DNA of 64,000 nucleotides from Negaprion brevirostris (GCA_030324005.1 JARDVH010000110.1:13958172-14022171); one strand, 5' to 3'; shown: positions 13,814-27,214, counted from the stretch's first letter. The notes: generated from the letters alone by a model not told the origin. Program-made: numbers and translations.

Positions 13814-14122
13814 CCAATGTGGACTCAACTGTCTGATATCCACTGCCATTTCCAGCAAACCCCAAACCAAACTATTGTGATTGAGTCTCTTTTCACCTCC
13901 ACAGATTTGGAGATTGCAGTGGACACAGCGCTTGCTGCATACAAGTGCTGTGTGCAGTATCAAATAGATCAAGTGACAGAGCCAAGTAGAATGTAAGTTG
14001 TGCTCAAAGTGTACACAGCTACTGAATATTGTGCTGTTTCTGGGCATGAGAGAATCATTGAGGTCTAGAGACATTTAGAGAAGAGCCATGTGACTGATCC
14101 CTGGTATCAGAGGACTAAGCTA
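13814..14122 (-). repeat. Right arm of the inverted repeat pair
   Basis: The minus strand begins TAGCTTAGTCCTCTGATACCAGGGATCAGTCACATGG, versus TAGCTTAGTCCTTTGATACCAGAGATCAGTCACATGG at 11790. Confidence 0.9.
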
Positions 14123-14562
14123 CTCGATTTATAGCTTTAGGACTTCAAGGGCTTGCCTCAATCCTCTAAGGCTTCATTAGTAAAATTAGCTCTAGTCTTA
14201 GTTTAATGACTCCTTAAAGGATTGAATTTTCATTTGAGTAAAGAATGTTCAATTATTCCTGTGTGCTTTCTGCTTATCTACACAGTGTAGCATATTAAAA
14301 CAAAATGCCTAGCCTTGGGGATATGCTGGAACACTTGCGCACTGGCATCATTATGAATAGAATATATATATGTATATAATCACTAAATACAGATGGGTAA
14401 CTTTTCTGGAATCTGCAAATATGACTCTCTGATGTAAAACACCACCCTACTGTTAATAGATCAAATGCACCATTCCATAGCAAAAGCATATCTATAAATG
14501 TTCATACTTGACCGCAGCCTACCTGGATAGCTATTGTTGAACTTTATTTGGCCTCAATATCT

Positions 14563-15176
14563 AAAGTTTTAAAGTTTAAAGTTTATTTTTTAGTGCCACA
14601 AGTAGGATTACATTAACACTGCAATTAAGTTACTGTGAAAATCCCTTAGTCGCCACGCATTCTGGCATCTGTTCAGGTACACTGAAAGAGAATTCAGTAC
14701 AGCCAATGTATCTAACCGGCATGTCTTTCAGACTGTGGGAGGAAACTGGAGCACCCAGATGAAATCCATGCAGACATGAATTTATTGGATTTCTATGAGG
14801 ATGTGACTAGTGTGGTAGACAGAGAGGAACCGGTGGATGTGGTGTTTTTAGATTTCCAAAAGGCGTTTGATAAGGTGCCTCACAAAAGGTTGCTACAGAA
14901 GGNNNNNNNNNNNNNNNNNNNNNNNNNNNNNNNNNNNNNNNNNNNNNNNNNNNNNNNNNNNNNNNNNNNNNNNNNNNNNNNNNNNNNNNNNNNNNNNNNN
15001 NNGATCTTATTGAATGGCGGGGCAGGCTCGAAGGGCTAGATGGCCTACTCCTGCTCCTATTTCTTATGTTCTTATGGGGCGAATGTGCAGACTCTGCACA
15101 GATAGTGACCCAAGCCGAGAATTGAACCCGGGTCCCTGGGTGCTGTGAGATGGCAGTACTGACCACTGTACTGCCC
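14563..15176 (-). mobile_element. HE1-headed variant-tail SINE split by a CR1 LINE insertion (14776-15072)
   Basis: The tail (…AATAAACTTTAAACTTT on minus) is at 14563-14776 and the head at ~15075-15176. Confidence 0.75.
14776..15072 (+). mobile_element. HER1/CR1 LINE (RT start and 3' end joined across a gap)
   Basis: NLLDFYEDVTSVVDREEPVDVVFLDFQKAFDKVPHKRLL, then the tail CCTACTCCTGCTCCTATTTCTTATGTTCTTATG. Confidence 0.9.
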
Positions 15177-17789
15177 ATCTTTGGGCTAATGGAGTCTGGG
15201 CAGGGAAAGTTGGCCAATGTTTAAGATGCCAATTGCATTGAATGACTCCTACCATAAAATGCAAGATGTGTGGATGTTGAGATGAGAAGAGATTCAGACC
15301 TTAAGTCTAATTGAGTGATAAGCAACCTAAACCAGTGAATTGCCCACATTATTGGCCCTCTGTCATCTCAATGGGTGGCAAATTTGAAATCGGGCATCTT
15401 CTCTCTCCATGACCTCATGCATAAGATTAAATACATTTAATACACACTGAGTATTTCACAGTGAGGTATAGAAAATGCTTAAGCAGTCATATATTCACAG
15501 AACTATCAATTTCAAATGGTGAAAACAAAATAAATATTTGCATTTTAAATGGGCCCAAAGGAAGCACACAGCTCTCACAGTCAATGTTGAGTACACACCT
15601 CATGCCTTTGATTTATGTGCATATCACTTTATCATCCTGGTACGAAAAAAAAACCTATGCAGGGGGAAATCAGTGGAATCTGGCAATCCTGTTAATGGGC
15701 AATGGTCAACAAGGTGTCTCGTGGCTGCACTCAGAACCCTGATGGAGTGCATATGGCCCCCAGTCTATAGGTTTCCCACCTCTAATCTAACCTTTAGCCT
15801 CAGGCTGCCAACCCCAGACACTCAAGGCTTGATCATATGCTGTTCTGACATCTGACCATATGCGTTGTCCATTCATGTGACCCTTGATCATTTGACCTCT
15901 GCAATGTGATTTTTATAGGGGTTGGGTCCTCAGTAAGTTGCATACCTTTGCTCATGGTTTTGTTTCAGGTGTTATTATCTGAGAACTAGGCAGCCTCTTG
16001 TGCACGGGTGAAAAAAGAGGATATGGTATGGAAACTGAGGGCAGTTTCTGCACCCTAGCCTTTCAGTCCACCATGCAAACCACTCATCCATTGATTCTGT
16101 CTACACTTCCCACTGCCTTGGCAAAGCAGCCAGCATATTTAAAGACCCCACACACCCCAGACATTCTCTCTAACNNNNNNNNNNNNNNNNNNNNNNNNNN
16201 NNNNNNNNNNNNNNNNNNNNNNNNNNNNNNNNNNNNNNNNNNNNNNNNNNNNNNNNNNNNNNNNNNNNNNNNNNNNNNNNNNNNNNNNNNNNNNNNNNNN
16301 NNNNNNNNNNNNNNNNNNNNNNNNNNNNNNNNNNNNNNNNNNNNNNNNNNNNNNNNNNNNNNNNNNNNNNNNNNNNNNNNNNNNNNNNNNNNNNNNNNNN
16401 NNNNNNNNNNNNNNNNNNNNNNNNNNNNNNNNNNNNNNNNNNNNNNNNNNNNNNNNNNNNNNNNNNNNNNNNNNNAACTCATTGAAATTTCACTGATAAT
16501 ACAGGAAATTGTCTGATGTTCTGCTTGTTCCAGGAATTGCAGATGGTGATTAATCAAATATGCCTGTTAACTGAGATGTATGGTGAGCTTCCCATTTTCA
16601 TCCAGGATGTTACATGAGTATTGAGGTCGCAGAGGAGGTGTGAAGGGAGGAAGGGGGTGCTGAGGGGAGATAGTGCTGCCAAGCAGTGGGAGGCTTGGAG
16701 TGAAGACAGGTCATTAATGGCAACTACCGTTGCTATTATCCCTGCATTTGAACACCTCCAGTTCAGAAGCAAACCTGGCAGACCCAACTCCATAGCTCTG
16801 GTTAATCGAGAATTCCTGTTTGTAGAGTATGAGATACAGAAATTTTACTGTACTGGTAACACTCAAATTTTTCCCATAACTAACAGCAATGTATAAACTC
16901 ATTCATAACGTATGTACAAGTGGTAGCAATAAGTGTAGTTGTCCAATGTCCTACCTACCTGCGGTAGTCCTGTTCCTTGCTAATACTTACAGTGAAACTA
17001 TAGCCATAATACCCCAGCACTGCACAAGATATGGTAAGGCTCTGCAATTGATGCCACTTACAATGGGCCTCATCTCACTCTCTATCCCCTTGGACTGTGT
17101 TTTGCATTGAGTTCAGTATGAAGGTGATAACTCTGAACTGGAAGTCATCGCCAGAGTCTTGGATTTCACACAGCAAAACAGGTACAACAACNNNNNNNNN
17201 NCCGTGCAAGATTATAGTGCCTTTAATGTAGTAAAACATCATAAGAGCATCATTGAACAGAATTGGATCTGGAGACAGGAGGGGGTATGTGGACGATATC
17301 TAAAGGTTTGGTCAAAGAGGTGGGTTTTAAAGAGCCTCTTAAAGAGGAGTTAAAGATAGTATGACCGGTTTAAGGAGGGATATAAATCAAGAGGTTGCAA
17401 AGGGCATTCCCCTGTGATTATTTTTAATATCCTTCCTAATAGAATGTTTATCCTGTTCCCTTTGAAAAAATACAGCCTAGTCTGCCTTAGTAACTGCTTG
17501 CAGTCTAAGAAAGCTCCATTTTCCTTTCCACTCTCCCTCTCTCCTCTCCCTCAATTCCTCCTGACAACCAGTCAGTCCTGACACTACCGTGATGGGGGCC
17601 AGAGATGGGAAATTACAACTGTGAAGCAGTGAGTGGCAACGCTTAGAAGATTCATACGCTATTCCTTGAGTTGGCCAGAAAAGATTGATGCTCCTAGTCT
17701 AAGCACAGAAATGACAGAAGACTACTTAAGTGTGGAACGGGCATGTGGCTAACACCAGTGGATCTATACTGAGCGAGGACCAATATATG

Positions 17790-18125
17790 TGGCAACTGTG
17801 GATAAGCTGGTAGCACGCCCACCTTCTATGTCAGAAGATTCAAATCCCGTTTCAGAGATCTGAGCATAAAATCCTGACCCATGGCAGTACCAAGTAACTT
17901 TCAGACCAGTCGTCTTCCTAAGGTGTCTAAAAGATTGTATGGCACTGTACAAAAAAGAGGAGAGGAATTCTCCTCCATATTAAATCATTTGTCATTTATT
18001 TCACTGATGTTTGTGGGATCTTGCTGTGCACAAGCAGCCTAACTACATCATTGACCACATGTAAAAATACCTAACTGGCTGTGAAGCACTTTGGGATGCC
18101 CTGCGGAAATGCAGGGCGCAATAGG
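17790..18125 (+). mobile_element. Deu-domain SINE (degenerate)
   Basis: GCTGGTAGCAC..GAAGATTCAAATCCC..GATGTTTGTGGGATCTTGCTGTGCACAA..GGCTGTGAAGCACTTTGGGATG. Confidence 0.65.
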
Positions 18126-18726
18126 AATGTGAGTGCTTTCTTCCGCAGCTCTTCCTCGCTGTCATGGTAAGGTTCTGAGAGTTGGAGCACTGGCACAGTG
18201 CCTGCTCTCTGCAACAAGTATTTCCATTGGCACAGGCTGCTTTCCAGATCAAGGTTTGGAAAGCATTCCAGTGGTGAGTACATTTGGTTTACCAGCAGCG
18301 TGCAATAATGCGCAAGCAAGCCATCTGTCCTTTCTCAAAAAAAACCAAACAGTCTGTTCATGGCGCAACTGATTAGGTTGCAGTTAAGTCAGTTGTTAGT
18401 GTTTACAGTTCTCAGTCACTGGATCAGAGCCAGTTACTTTGTAAATAGGGATGAAAGCGAGAGCAGTACCTGCGATGACAGTTGAATCCTTCCTAGGATC
18501 AGTTGTGGAATCAAACAATACAATGGGAGGCCATTCAATTAGAAAGAGCTATTTAGTTAATTTCACTCTCCCACTTTCTGATCATAGAACTGTAAGTTTC
18601 TTTCCACCTGTTCAGGGGGAACCTGATTGAGGTGTACAAAATTATGAGGGACATAGATAGAGTAGATAGGAAGGAACTTTTCTCCCTCAGTAGAGAGGTC
18701 ACTAACTAGAGGGCATAGATTTAAGG

Positions 18727-19071
18727 TAGAATCACAGAACCCTACAGAGCAGAAAGAGGCCCTTCGGCCCATCGAGTCTGCACCAACACAATCCTACCCA
18801 GGCCTTACCCCCATATCTCTACATATTATAACCACTAATCCCTCTGACCTATGCATCCCTGGACCCTAAGGGGCAATTTCTTAGCACAGCCAATCAACCT
18901 AACCCGCACATCTTTGGACTGTGGGAGGAAACTGGAGGACCCGGAGGAAACCCACACAGACACGAGGAGAATGTGCAAACTCCACACAGACAGTGACCCG
19001 GGCCGGAAATCGAACCCAGGACCCTGGAGCTGTGAAGCAGCAGTGCTAACCATTGTGCTACCGTGCCACCC
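18727..19071 (-). mobile_element. HE1 SINE inserted into a HER1/CR1 3' fragment
   Basis: Full HE1 head to tail. The LINE sequence on either side (…GGGCATAGATTTAAGG / …GGGGCAAGAGATTTAGAGG) is contiguous once the SINE is removed. Confidence 0.85.
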
Positions 19072-21513
19072 TAAAGGGGCAAGAGATTTAGAGGTGGTAT
19101 GAGGAAAAACATTTTCAACCCAGAGGGTGGTGGGAATTTGGAACTCACTGCCTGAAACGGAGATAGAGGCAGGAACCCTCACATCATTAAAGAAGCATTT
19201 AAATGAGCACTTGACATTACATAGCATACAAGGCAACGGACCAAGTGCTGGAAGATGGGATTAGAGTGCATAGATGCATGATGGCCTGCACAGTCATGAT
19301 GGGCTAAAAGACCTCTTCCTGTGCTGAAAAACCATAGGGGGAGTTTTCCCATCCCACCCGCCACAGGAATCGTAGCGGGCAGGACAGGACCACGCAAAGG
19401 TCTGTTGACCTCGGACAGGATTTCCTGGTCTTCGGATGGGCATGGCCAGAAAATCCCGCTTATGACTCTATATATATCCATTTCCCATTTGAAAATATAT
19501 TAAACATGCTTGTTTTGGATGGTGCATCATATCAGCTTGTTGCGTAAAAAACTCATCATCATCTTGGCTGGCCAATGACCTTAAAACTGTGTTCTCTGGT
19601 TACTGTTCCACCTACCAGTGGAAACAGTTTTGCCCTGTCTGCTCTATTAGAGCCATTTCCAATTTTGAATAGTTCTATCAAATCTCCTCTTAATTTCCTC
19701 AGCTCGAAGGAGAACACGCCTCAGATCCTTTTGTCTCTTTGCCTTATTGAAGCCCCTCAGTCCCTGCATTATTCTGGCTAATCTTCTCTTTGCCCTTTTG
19801 ATATTCTTTCTAAGATGTGGTGTCCACAATTTGATACAAAGCTCTTGCTGTAGCCTGGCCTATGGTTTAAAAGGATTTGCACCAGTCCTCAGGAATTGTA
19901 GCAGGTAGGACATCAATAATGCAAAGATCTCAGGTTGGGTTTTCTGGTCCTGGGGGCAAGTGCAGCTGGAAAGTCCCACTCCTTGTCTTTGAACTCTATG
20001 GGTGGAGTTTCCCCATACTTCAGCAGAGTGGCATGGTGGGTGGGAAACACAGCATGGAAGCTACCGGTCCCAATGGTGGCTTTCTCTGGTGTATGATTTG
20101 GTTCACAGCCCAAAAAAAGTGAAGGGGTGGATCCAGTGATTCATCATTGGCAGAATGTAGCACTGGCAGGCGGTCAGTGATTGAGCCTGCCCCGCTAGCA
20201 GATTAGTTTTTAAAAGACTGGGGCACCGATTTTAAAGGGTCTCCTGATACAAAAAAATCAAAAATAGAACCGCTCCGAACACACACGCCCCGCCCCCCCC
20301 AACATCTTCTTGCAATCCCCTCCACAGGTCATTGTCCTGCCGCAATGGAACACCGTGGAACAACCCCTCAAATGGCACTAGCCCTGGTACAATGCCTTGA
20401 ATTTCCCCTGTTAATGTTAGTGCCAGTGCCAGGGAGCTGCACTTGGGAGCAACCAGGGNNNNNNNNNNNNNNNNNNNNNNNNNNNNNNNNNNNNNNNNNN
20501 NNNNNNNNNNNNNNNNNNNNNNNNNNNNNNNNNNNNNNNNNNNNNNNNNNNNNNNNNNAACCAGGGCACGGCCCCCTCCCTGCTGAGCACTACACTCTTC
20601 TGAGCTCCTCTGGTGGTTCTGCTCGACAGATGCACGCCATGGGAAACCTAGCATAATGATGAAATGGGGGTGGGGAGGGAGTTATCAGGTGCAGAGGCTT
20701 GATAATAAGACGTAAGTTTATTGTAATGAGGTTTCCAACATTGAACGTTGGGATTCCTGTTATGTCATTGGCAAGGGGGAAGATTGAGGACAATCACAGA
20801 AGGAACTTGCGTAACTCGCACTTTGAATCTCTCGTGGGATTTTCCACTCCCGCCTTCGATCCTGCCTGCTGAAAACAGGAGGTCAAAATCTCCCCTTTAT
20901 GCTGTAAATGTTCCAAGAGAAACATTGTGAAATTTCTCCCTGAATCTTGAGGTACTCTGAAGAGTGCCCAGTGGATTCATCTGACAGCACTCTTCCATTT
21001 GAATTATGAGTTGGCTTTCTGCATTAGAGCTGGCCTATGAAAGCATGTTTCTAGCTCCTTCTCTTTGTTGCAATTTGCTTTTTTAGAAATGGATAGCAAA
21101 CACCAGGAGGAATCTCAAGGGGATTCGGGGCAACTGCATTTAGAGCAAAAAATAGTGCTATCTTAAACCGACTAAGTGAGGATGAAGTGCCGACACTTCC
21201 CACTATATAATTTAGAAGGCATTACATATGCTCAGGCAGTTGTTTTGCAGTTGTACTCTCGTCTGCTTTTAGGCACTCAATGTCTCTTTGTTGTTCTGCA
21301 TATTCAGTGTTTGTTCACTGAAAATGGTGACTCTGCACCCATTGAACAAAGAGTGCTGATCTGACCCTGAACAATGGAACCTAATTTCAGGTTTAGGGTG
21401 CACTTAAAGAATTCATACAAAGGATAACGAAACACTGGATAAATGGCCAGGTAATGCTGAAGCAAATGATAGAATTTGATGAAGAGGCCACTTGATGTGA
21501 GAAAGAGGAATTA

Positions 21514-21625
21514 TCTCAGCCTTTTGGCTAAGATCAAGAATCAGATCAATGGGGTTCCATGCCTTTTCTTGTCAGCTTGGACCTTGTTTGTCTTTCCTGT
21601 AGGGACCATGAATTGGATTCAATTC
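21514..21625 (+). mobile_element. Partial second copy of the U2-derived element
   Basis: TCTCAGCCTTTTGGCTAAGATCAAG matches U2 nt 7-31 at 24/25. It is followed by TCAGATCAA...ATGCCT...TGTCAGCTTGGACCTTGTTTG...TGAATTGGA, collinear with the 3' half of the 37856-38138 element. Confidence 0.75.
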
Positions 21626-22087
21626 AACAGTGAAGATTGCTCACTGCAAGTGGATGCTGAAGTAGAGAGCTGGGTAAAAGTATTGCCTGGACCTGATTTT
21701 TAACCTTAGTCACGGGCATTTGCCAAGGACCCTTCCCTCCCCATGTAAGGGGTTGGTATTTCCTGAGGTAGAAGTGGAAAATCTCCTAGGATGGGGTGAT
21801 TTAGTTTACTAGTGACCTTCATCCCTCCAGTAATGGTCCCAAAATTTTACCTGTAGAAGTCCAGTCAGAATTTTCAGTATCAAGTGTCCAAAAACTCAGG
21901 GGTCTTTTACCCCCTTTAAGATCTTCTTTACCTTTCTGAACAGTTGAGTGCAGAATTGGCAAAATGTGTCATGAGCTGCAGTGGGGTCAAAGTGGAAGGC
22001 AGAAGTCCCTCCAGGACCCCAAACAATAACTCAACTCTACCCTCAAAAAATGCCCCAGACTTAACCTCAGTTGTTTAGTTTATCTTT

Positions 22088-22360
22088 AGTTAATTTATTA
22101 GTGTTACAAGTAGGCTTACAGTAACACTGCAATGAAGTTACTATGAAAAACCCTTAGTCGCCACACTCCAGTGCCTGTTCGGGTACTCTNNNNNNNNNNA
22201 CGTCTTTCAGACTGTGGGAGGAAACCAGAGCACCCGGAGGTAACCCAGGCACATACAGGAAGAACGTGCAAACTCTGACAATTAGTGACCCGAGCTGGGG
22301 ATTGAACCTGAGTTGCTGGCACTGTGAGGCAGCAATATTACCCGCTGTGCCACCGTGCCG
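22088..22360 (-). mobile_element. HE1-headed variant-tail SINE
   Basis: HE1 head plus GTGTGGCGACTAAGGG..CATAGTAACTTCATTGCAGTGTT..GTAAGCCTACTTGTAACACTAATAAA tail. Confidence 0.8.
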
Positions 22361-22479
22361 TAAAGTGCAGTTCCATTGCATTGAATGAGATTCCCAAAAT
22401 AGTGTCAATTAGGCCTCACGGCCAACTGAAACTCTGGCCCAAACTCATAACAAACAGATGGAAGTAACTCTCATTTGGA

Positions 22480-22732
22480 TGTCACAGCGATTAGCACTGC
22501 TCCCTTACAGAGCCAGGGACCAAGGTTCAATTCCTGACTTGGGTCATCATCTGAGGGCATGCTCTGGTTTTCTACCATCGTCCGAAAGATGTGCTGGTTC
22601 AGTGCACTGGCCATGTTAAATTCTCTCTCAGTGTACATGAACATGCACCGGAGTGTGGTGACTAGGGGATTTTCACAGTAACTTCATTGCAGCGTTAATG
22701 GAAGCCTACTTGTGACTAATAAATAAACTTTA
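22480..22732 (+). mobile_element. HE1-headed variant-tail SINE (internally deleted)
   Basis: Same head and tail ending AATAAATAAACTTTAA. Confidence 0.8.
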
Positions 22733-24465
22733 ATTTCCATTTAGCTGGGCTGGATTTGAGTATAAGGAGTGGGGGCCAAGCCACTCAGGCATTTTTATCC
22801 TTTTCAAAGACATTCTAAGTCCTCCAAGTGTGGAACCTCCGTGTAGTCACATAAACCTGAACTGAAATTATCTCCAATGAATCGCAATCAAATTGCAGGG
22901 TGAAGGTCAGAACAGAACAATGTCCTACATGGAACAAAACAGGAAAGAAAAAAAACACGAATGTTTGAGTGCTGAATCTATCATATTCAGCAATCAGCAA
23001 ACCAAAGCACAATAACTTCCAGTGTTTTGTTTCCCTGAGTTCCTGCCAAAGAATAGCAAATCAAATGCAGCATCAAATCAATCACCCAGGTTCATCTGTC
23101 TTGTCAAAACTGTTGTAACCTCAACACCATTTTATTTTTACTGGTGGCAAGAGATAAGTGAGTGCTGAGCAACTGAAGATTTTTAAAAAAATTTTCTGCT
23201 GAAGACCTTTTTGCCCTTTTATAGATCAGTTGGAAGATATTTTGTAGGTGAATTTGAAATCCAAAACGCTTGGCCTACTTCTCCAGTCTGACGTTACCAT
23301 TTCCCTTGGTCTCCCTCTATATCCTGGTGCAGGATATTGAATTTGTTCCCAGCAGACAACTATTGAGGCTGATGGCCTTTTCTGTGCTGTGGTACAAGAC
23401 CCGTTGGGAACTGGATTGAGACAGTTTGAATTCATTTCAAGCTGGGTCTCCAATAGCTATCGGGTGGGAGGGGGAAGAACTGACGTCCTCCCATTTCAAC
23501 TGATCGCGTTTTGACTCGCATTCCTTTCAACGAAAGCAGCACCAGTTATTTGCATATTCTATGCCATGAAGTTTAATTAATGAATGCTAATTTCTCAAAC
23601 CTTCTATTCCGCTGGGTCAGTGAGTCAACTAACAATTCTCCAAGTGGGACCTAGCAGCATAAGGGTCAATAAGAGAATCATTCAAAGGCCAGTATTGAGG
23701 CATTAAAAGGTCAGCCTGATAGATAGAGCTCTCACAAACATCCCTGGAAAAGATTCATTACAGGGTCACCAGTCAGTGATAGAGAAGGGAACAGGCTGTT
23801 TTATGCTGAGCAAAGATCTCATTCTCTGCACTAAGATAATGAGCAGCTAATCTGTTTTCATGATACTGAAGGATTAATGTTGCCCAGGATACCTGGGACA
23901 ATTAGCCTGATTTTCTCTGAATAGTGTCCATGTGATCTACTGCATCCATTGAGAAGACAGACGGAACCACAATTTAGCAGCTCATCAGAAAGACAACACT
24001 CGCCCTTTCAGCACTCAGGAATCTGCGTAGATTTGGACTAATCCCTTGAAACTTCCTATCAAGCAGCACTGTGGCTGCACAGACACCACTTGGACTGCAG
24101 CAGTTCAAGAAGGCAGCTACCATCCCCTCAGTTAGAGCTGGGCAGTCACTAATTGGCCTTGCCAATGATTCCTGCATCCCATGAACAAATAAAAGCAAAC
24201 TTGGTCAAGCTGGTTGGATGCTGAGGCTGCCCTTGGACAGTCGTGGTCTTCTGGGAATGTTAAAGAAAGAGAATTGGGGTGTAAAATGATATGCGGAATT
24301 TTTAATGTGCCCTTATTCTAAAGGTTGTGAATATAGTCTTATTTCAGAATCAGAAACCATACATTGTAAATACTTTGCAGCTCACTTTCTCGATGTAAAA
24401 CTATCAGGAGCAGCCATCCAACATTGAGGTGTCCTGAGCGAAAAAAGTTTCCATCCTCAACATTC

Positions 24466-24615
24466 TGAGTGGAATTTTATGGCCCCTCCTGCCGGTGGGA
24501 TCTTCCATTCCGGCTGGCGGCACTTTCCATTCCAGCTCAAGTCAGTGGAGTTTTGGAAGGCTTGCTGCGTTTTGTGCGCCTATCCTCGCTGTGATAGGGC
24601 CATAAAATTCTGACC
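24466..24615. mobile_element. MITE with terminal inverted repeats
   Basis: Perfect 14-bp inverted repeat GAATTTTATGGCCC (24472-24485) / GGGCCATAAAATTC (24597-24610). Related short elements occur at ~19336-19462, 24704-24862, 32553-32665, 39558-39693 and 40480-40700. Confidence 0.65.
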
Positions 24616-24982
24616 ATGTACCTCTGAGTCAATGGTTCAACTTGGGAGATATATCTAATACTTCCCATACTGACAAATCCTTCTATTTCCCATTTTTACA
24701 CTTTGGGTGGGATTTTTCAGTCCTTCCCACTGGCAGGATCTTCCAGTCCGACCGATGGCAAAAACACACCACCATGGGACAGACAAATCATGTAAAACAC
24801 CATAGACATTGACCAGACTGGCAAGCTACCTTCACTGCTAGGAGGGCATAATATTCTCACCCTTTTGTTACTCATTGACACATGTGAAATAAAGAAAGAA
24901 TTTGCATTTATACAGCAACTTTCATAACCTGTGGATATTCCACAATGGTGTATAGCCAATGAAGGGCAGCACGGAGACACAA

Positions 24983-25300
24983 GGATGGCACAGTGGCGCA
25001 GTGGTTAGCAATGCTGCCTCACAGCGCCAAGCACCTGGGTTTGATTCCTGGCTTGGGCCACTGTCTGTGTAGGGTTTACACATTCTCCCTGTGTCTGCGT
25101 GGATTTCTGTAGGGTGCTCCAGTTTCCTCCCACAGTCCAAAGATGTGCAGGTTAGATGGATTAGCCATGCTAAATTGCCCCTTAGTGTCAAGGAGAATAG
25201 CTAGAATAAATCATGGGGTTATGGGGATAGGGCCTGGGTGGGGTTGTGTTCAGTGCAGACTTGATGGGCTGAATGGCCTCTTTCTGTACTGTAGGGTTAC
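24983..25300 (+). mobile_element. HE1 SINE inserted within a Deu-domain SINE
   Basis: Head GGCACAGTGGCGCAGTGGTTAGC...GGGTTTGATTCC and tail GGGCTGAATGGCCTCTTTCTGTACTGTAG. Confidence 0.85.
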
Positions 25301-25309
25301 AATAGGGTC

Positions 25310-25620
25310 CATTGTAATGGTGGAAACTTGACAACCAATCTTCTCAAGGCAAGGTCCAGCAAATAACAAAATGCTAATCACCAGACAATCTCCTCTGTTT
25401 AGTGATATTAGTTATTGGATAAAGGTTGGCTAGGGCACCAAGAGAACTTCACTGCTCTTTTTTGAAAAGTGCAATGGAATCTTTTATGTCAGCCTGAGAT
25501 GGCAGACCAGGACCTTAGTTTAACCTCTCATTTGAAAGGCAGCAGTACCAATTGTACAGCACAGCCTCAAACTGAATTGGAGTGTAAGCTTGAATTAATG
25601 CTCAACGTTCAAGAGTATTT
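25310..25620 (-). mobile_element. Deu-domain SINE (degenerate; continues from ~24900-24970)
   Basis: ATTGTAATGGTGGAAAC..GCACCAAGAGAACTTCACTGCTCTT..GGAATCTTTTATGTCAGCCTGAGA..TTTAACCTCTCATTTGAAAGGCAGCA. Confidence 0.6.
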
Positions 25621-25975
25621 GTCGGACCTACATCCTTCCAAACATCGATCAAATAGGCAGGCTAAGTATGACACATTTTGTCATATGTATTGATCATGTA
25701 ATGTGCAATCTACAATCCATCCAGGATTATACTATGAGCTGTACTATAGCTGTTCAGCCTCATAATTTCTGGAATTCCATCCCTAATTCTCTCTGCCACT
25801 CTCTCTCTCCTCTTCTTTCAAACTGTCCTTAAAGTTTACCTCTTTGACTAGGTTTTAAGTGACCAGTCCTAACACTTTTTCTCCTGAGGCTAATGTTAAA
25901 TTTTGTTTGAAGCTGCTTCTGGGAAGCAGATTGGAAGGTTAAAGCCGCGATATAAATGCAATCTGTTCTTTATCA

Positions 25976-26107
<132 letters not shown>

Positions 26108-27214
26108 TTAACACTGTACGTAAGAAAAGAAGGTAAAATTCAACAGCACTAATACATTAGTACAGTAGTGTGGAGACAGTTACATTCATCAGGCAATACA
26201 CATTTCTCAGTAACATCTGTCTGAACAAGTCATTATCCCAGAGATTGTTAATATTTTGTAACTCAATTACCTTGTGTATTTTTTTAAGGTACATAGCATC
26301 ACTGTGATCTAAAACATTTGGGTTTGAGTTGAATACATGCAGTACGATAGTGGGTTTAAAATGTATCAGAGGGAAGACTCTATCTCTCATAACTGTTTGC
26401 ATATGTGTGTTTCTCAGGGACCAGACTAGTATTTGGAGGGACTTCCACACTCTTCTGTGGCAAGGGAAGGAGCAGGAGGAAGTGCTGAAGCAGGATGTAG
26501 TGACTGACAGCTGCATATAACATCGGTTTTTGTGCTCCACATGAATCTCCACCCTTCTTCATCCCTCATCAGCACATTGCTCCATTCCTTCCTCTCTCAT
26601 GTACACATCTCGCTTCCCCCTCAATAATGTTCATCTCAAACACTCCCAGTGGTGATGAGTTCCACATTCTCACCTCTCACTGAGTAAAGAGGTTTCCTCA
26701 TCAAATCCCTATTGGATTTTTAAACCCTTTCGTAATCTTAGACTCCCATCAGGTCACCCTTCAGTCTTCACTTTTCTAGCAACCATTCATCATGGTTAAA
26801 TGACAAGAATGGAGACGATTTGATAATTCCCCAATCAATCGCACGTGGCATAAATTACTGGAATTTGCTGCTGTATACCCGGCACACCCTATGCTTTGCT
26901 GGAGAAATCCCTCTGTTATTATTGGGAGACATTGTTGTAGTTTTGGTAATGAGTCCTTTTTGCTGTCGTTTGTGGTGACTCAGTTTAAATGGATCGAGTA
27001 AATAGACATTTTCTGTAGCTCTACCCTGCCTCCAACTCACTGGCTGACTTAGCAGGCAAATACACAAGTTAGTGATTGCGTCAAATGTTGTAATGATGTC
27101 TAGGAGAACAGTCAGTGATTCTCGGGTGCAAGTCCAAATAATGTCACTCCAGATTTTGATGAGGGGCTGTCTCGCTGTTGTGGGAAGTTGGAGATTTTCA
27201 AGCAAGGAATCACA

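Noticed and set aside
18835-19236. Recurrent short ORFs like MVSTAASQ../MAQWLALLPHSARDP..
   Set aside because: These are translations of HE1-type SINEs, not a protein family.
22815-23012. …AEYDRF… peptide as the missing last INSYN2B exon (VEYDFRQQE)
   Set aside because: Only EYD matches. There is no QQEGRF and no terminal CFWWI.
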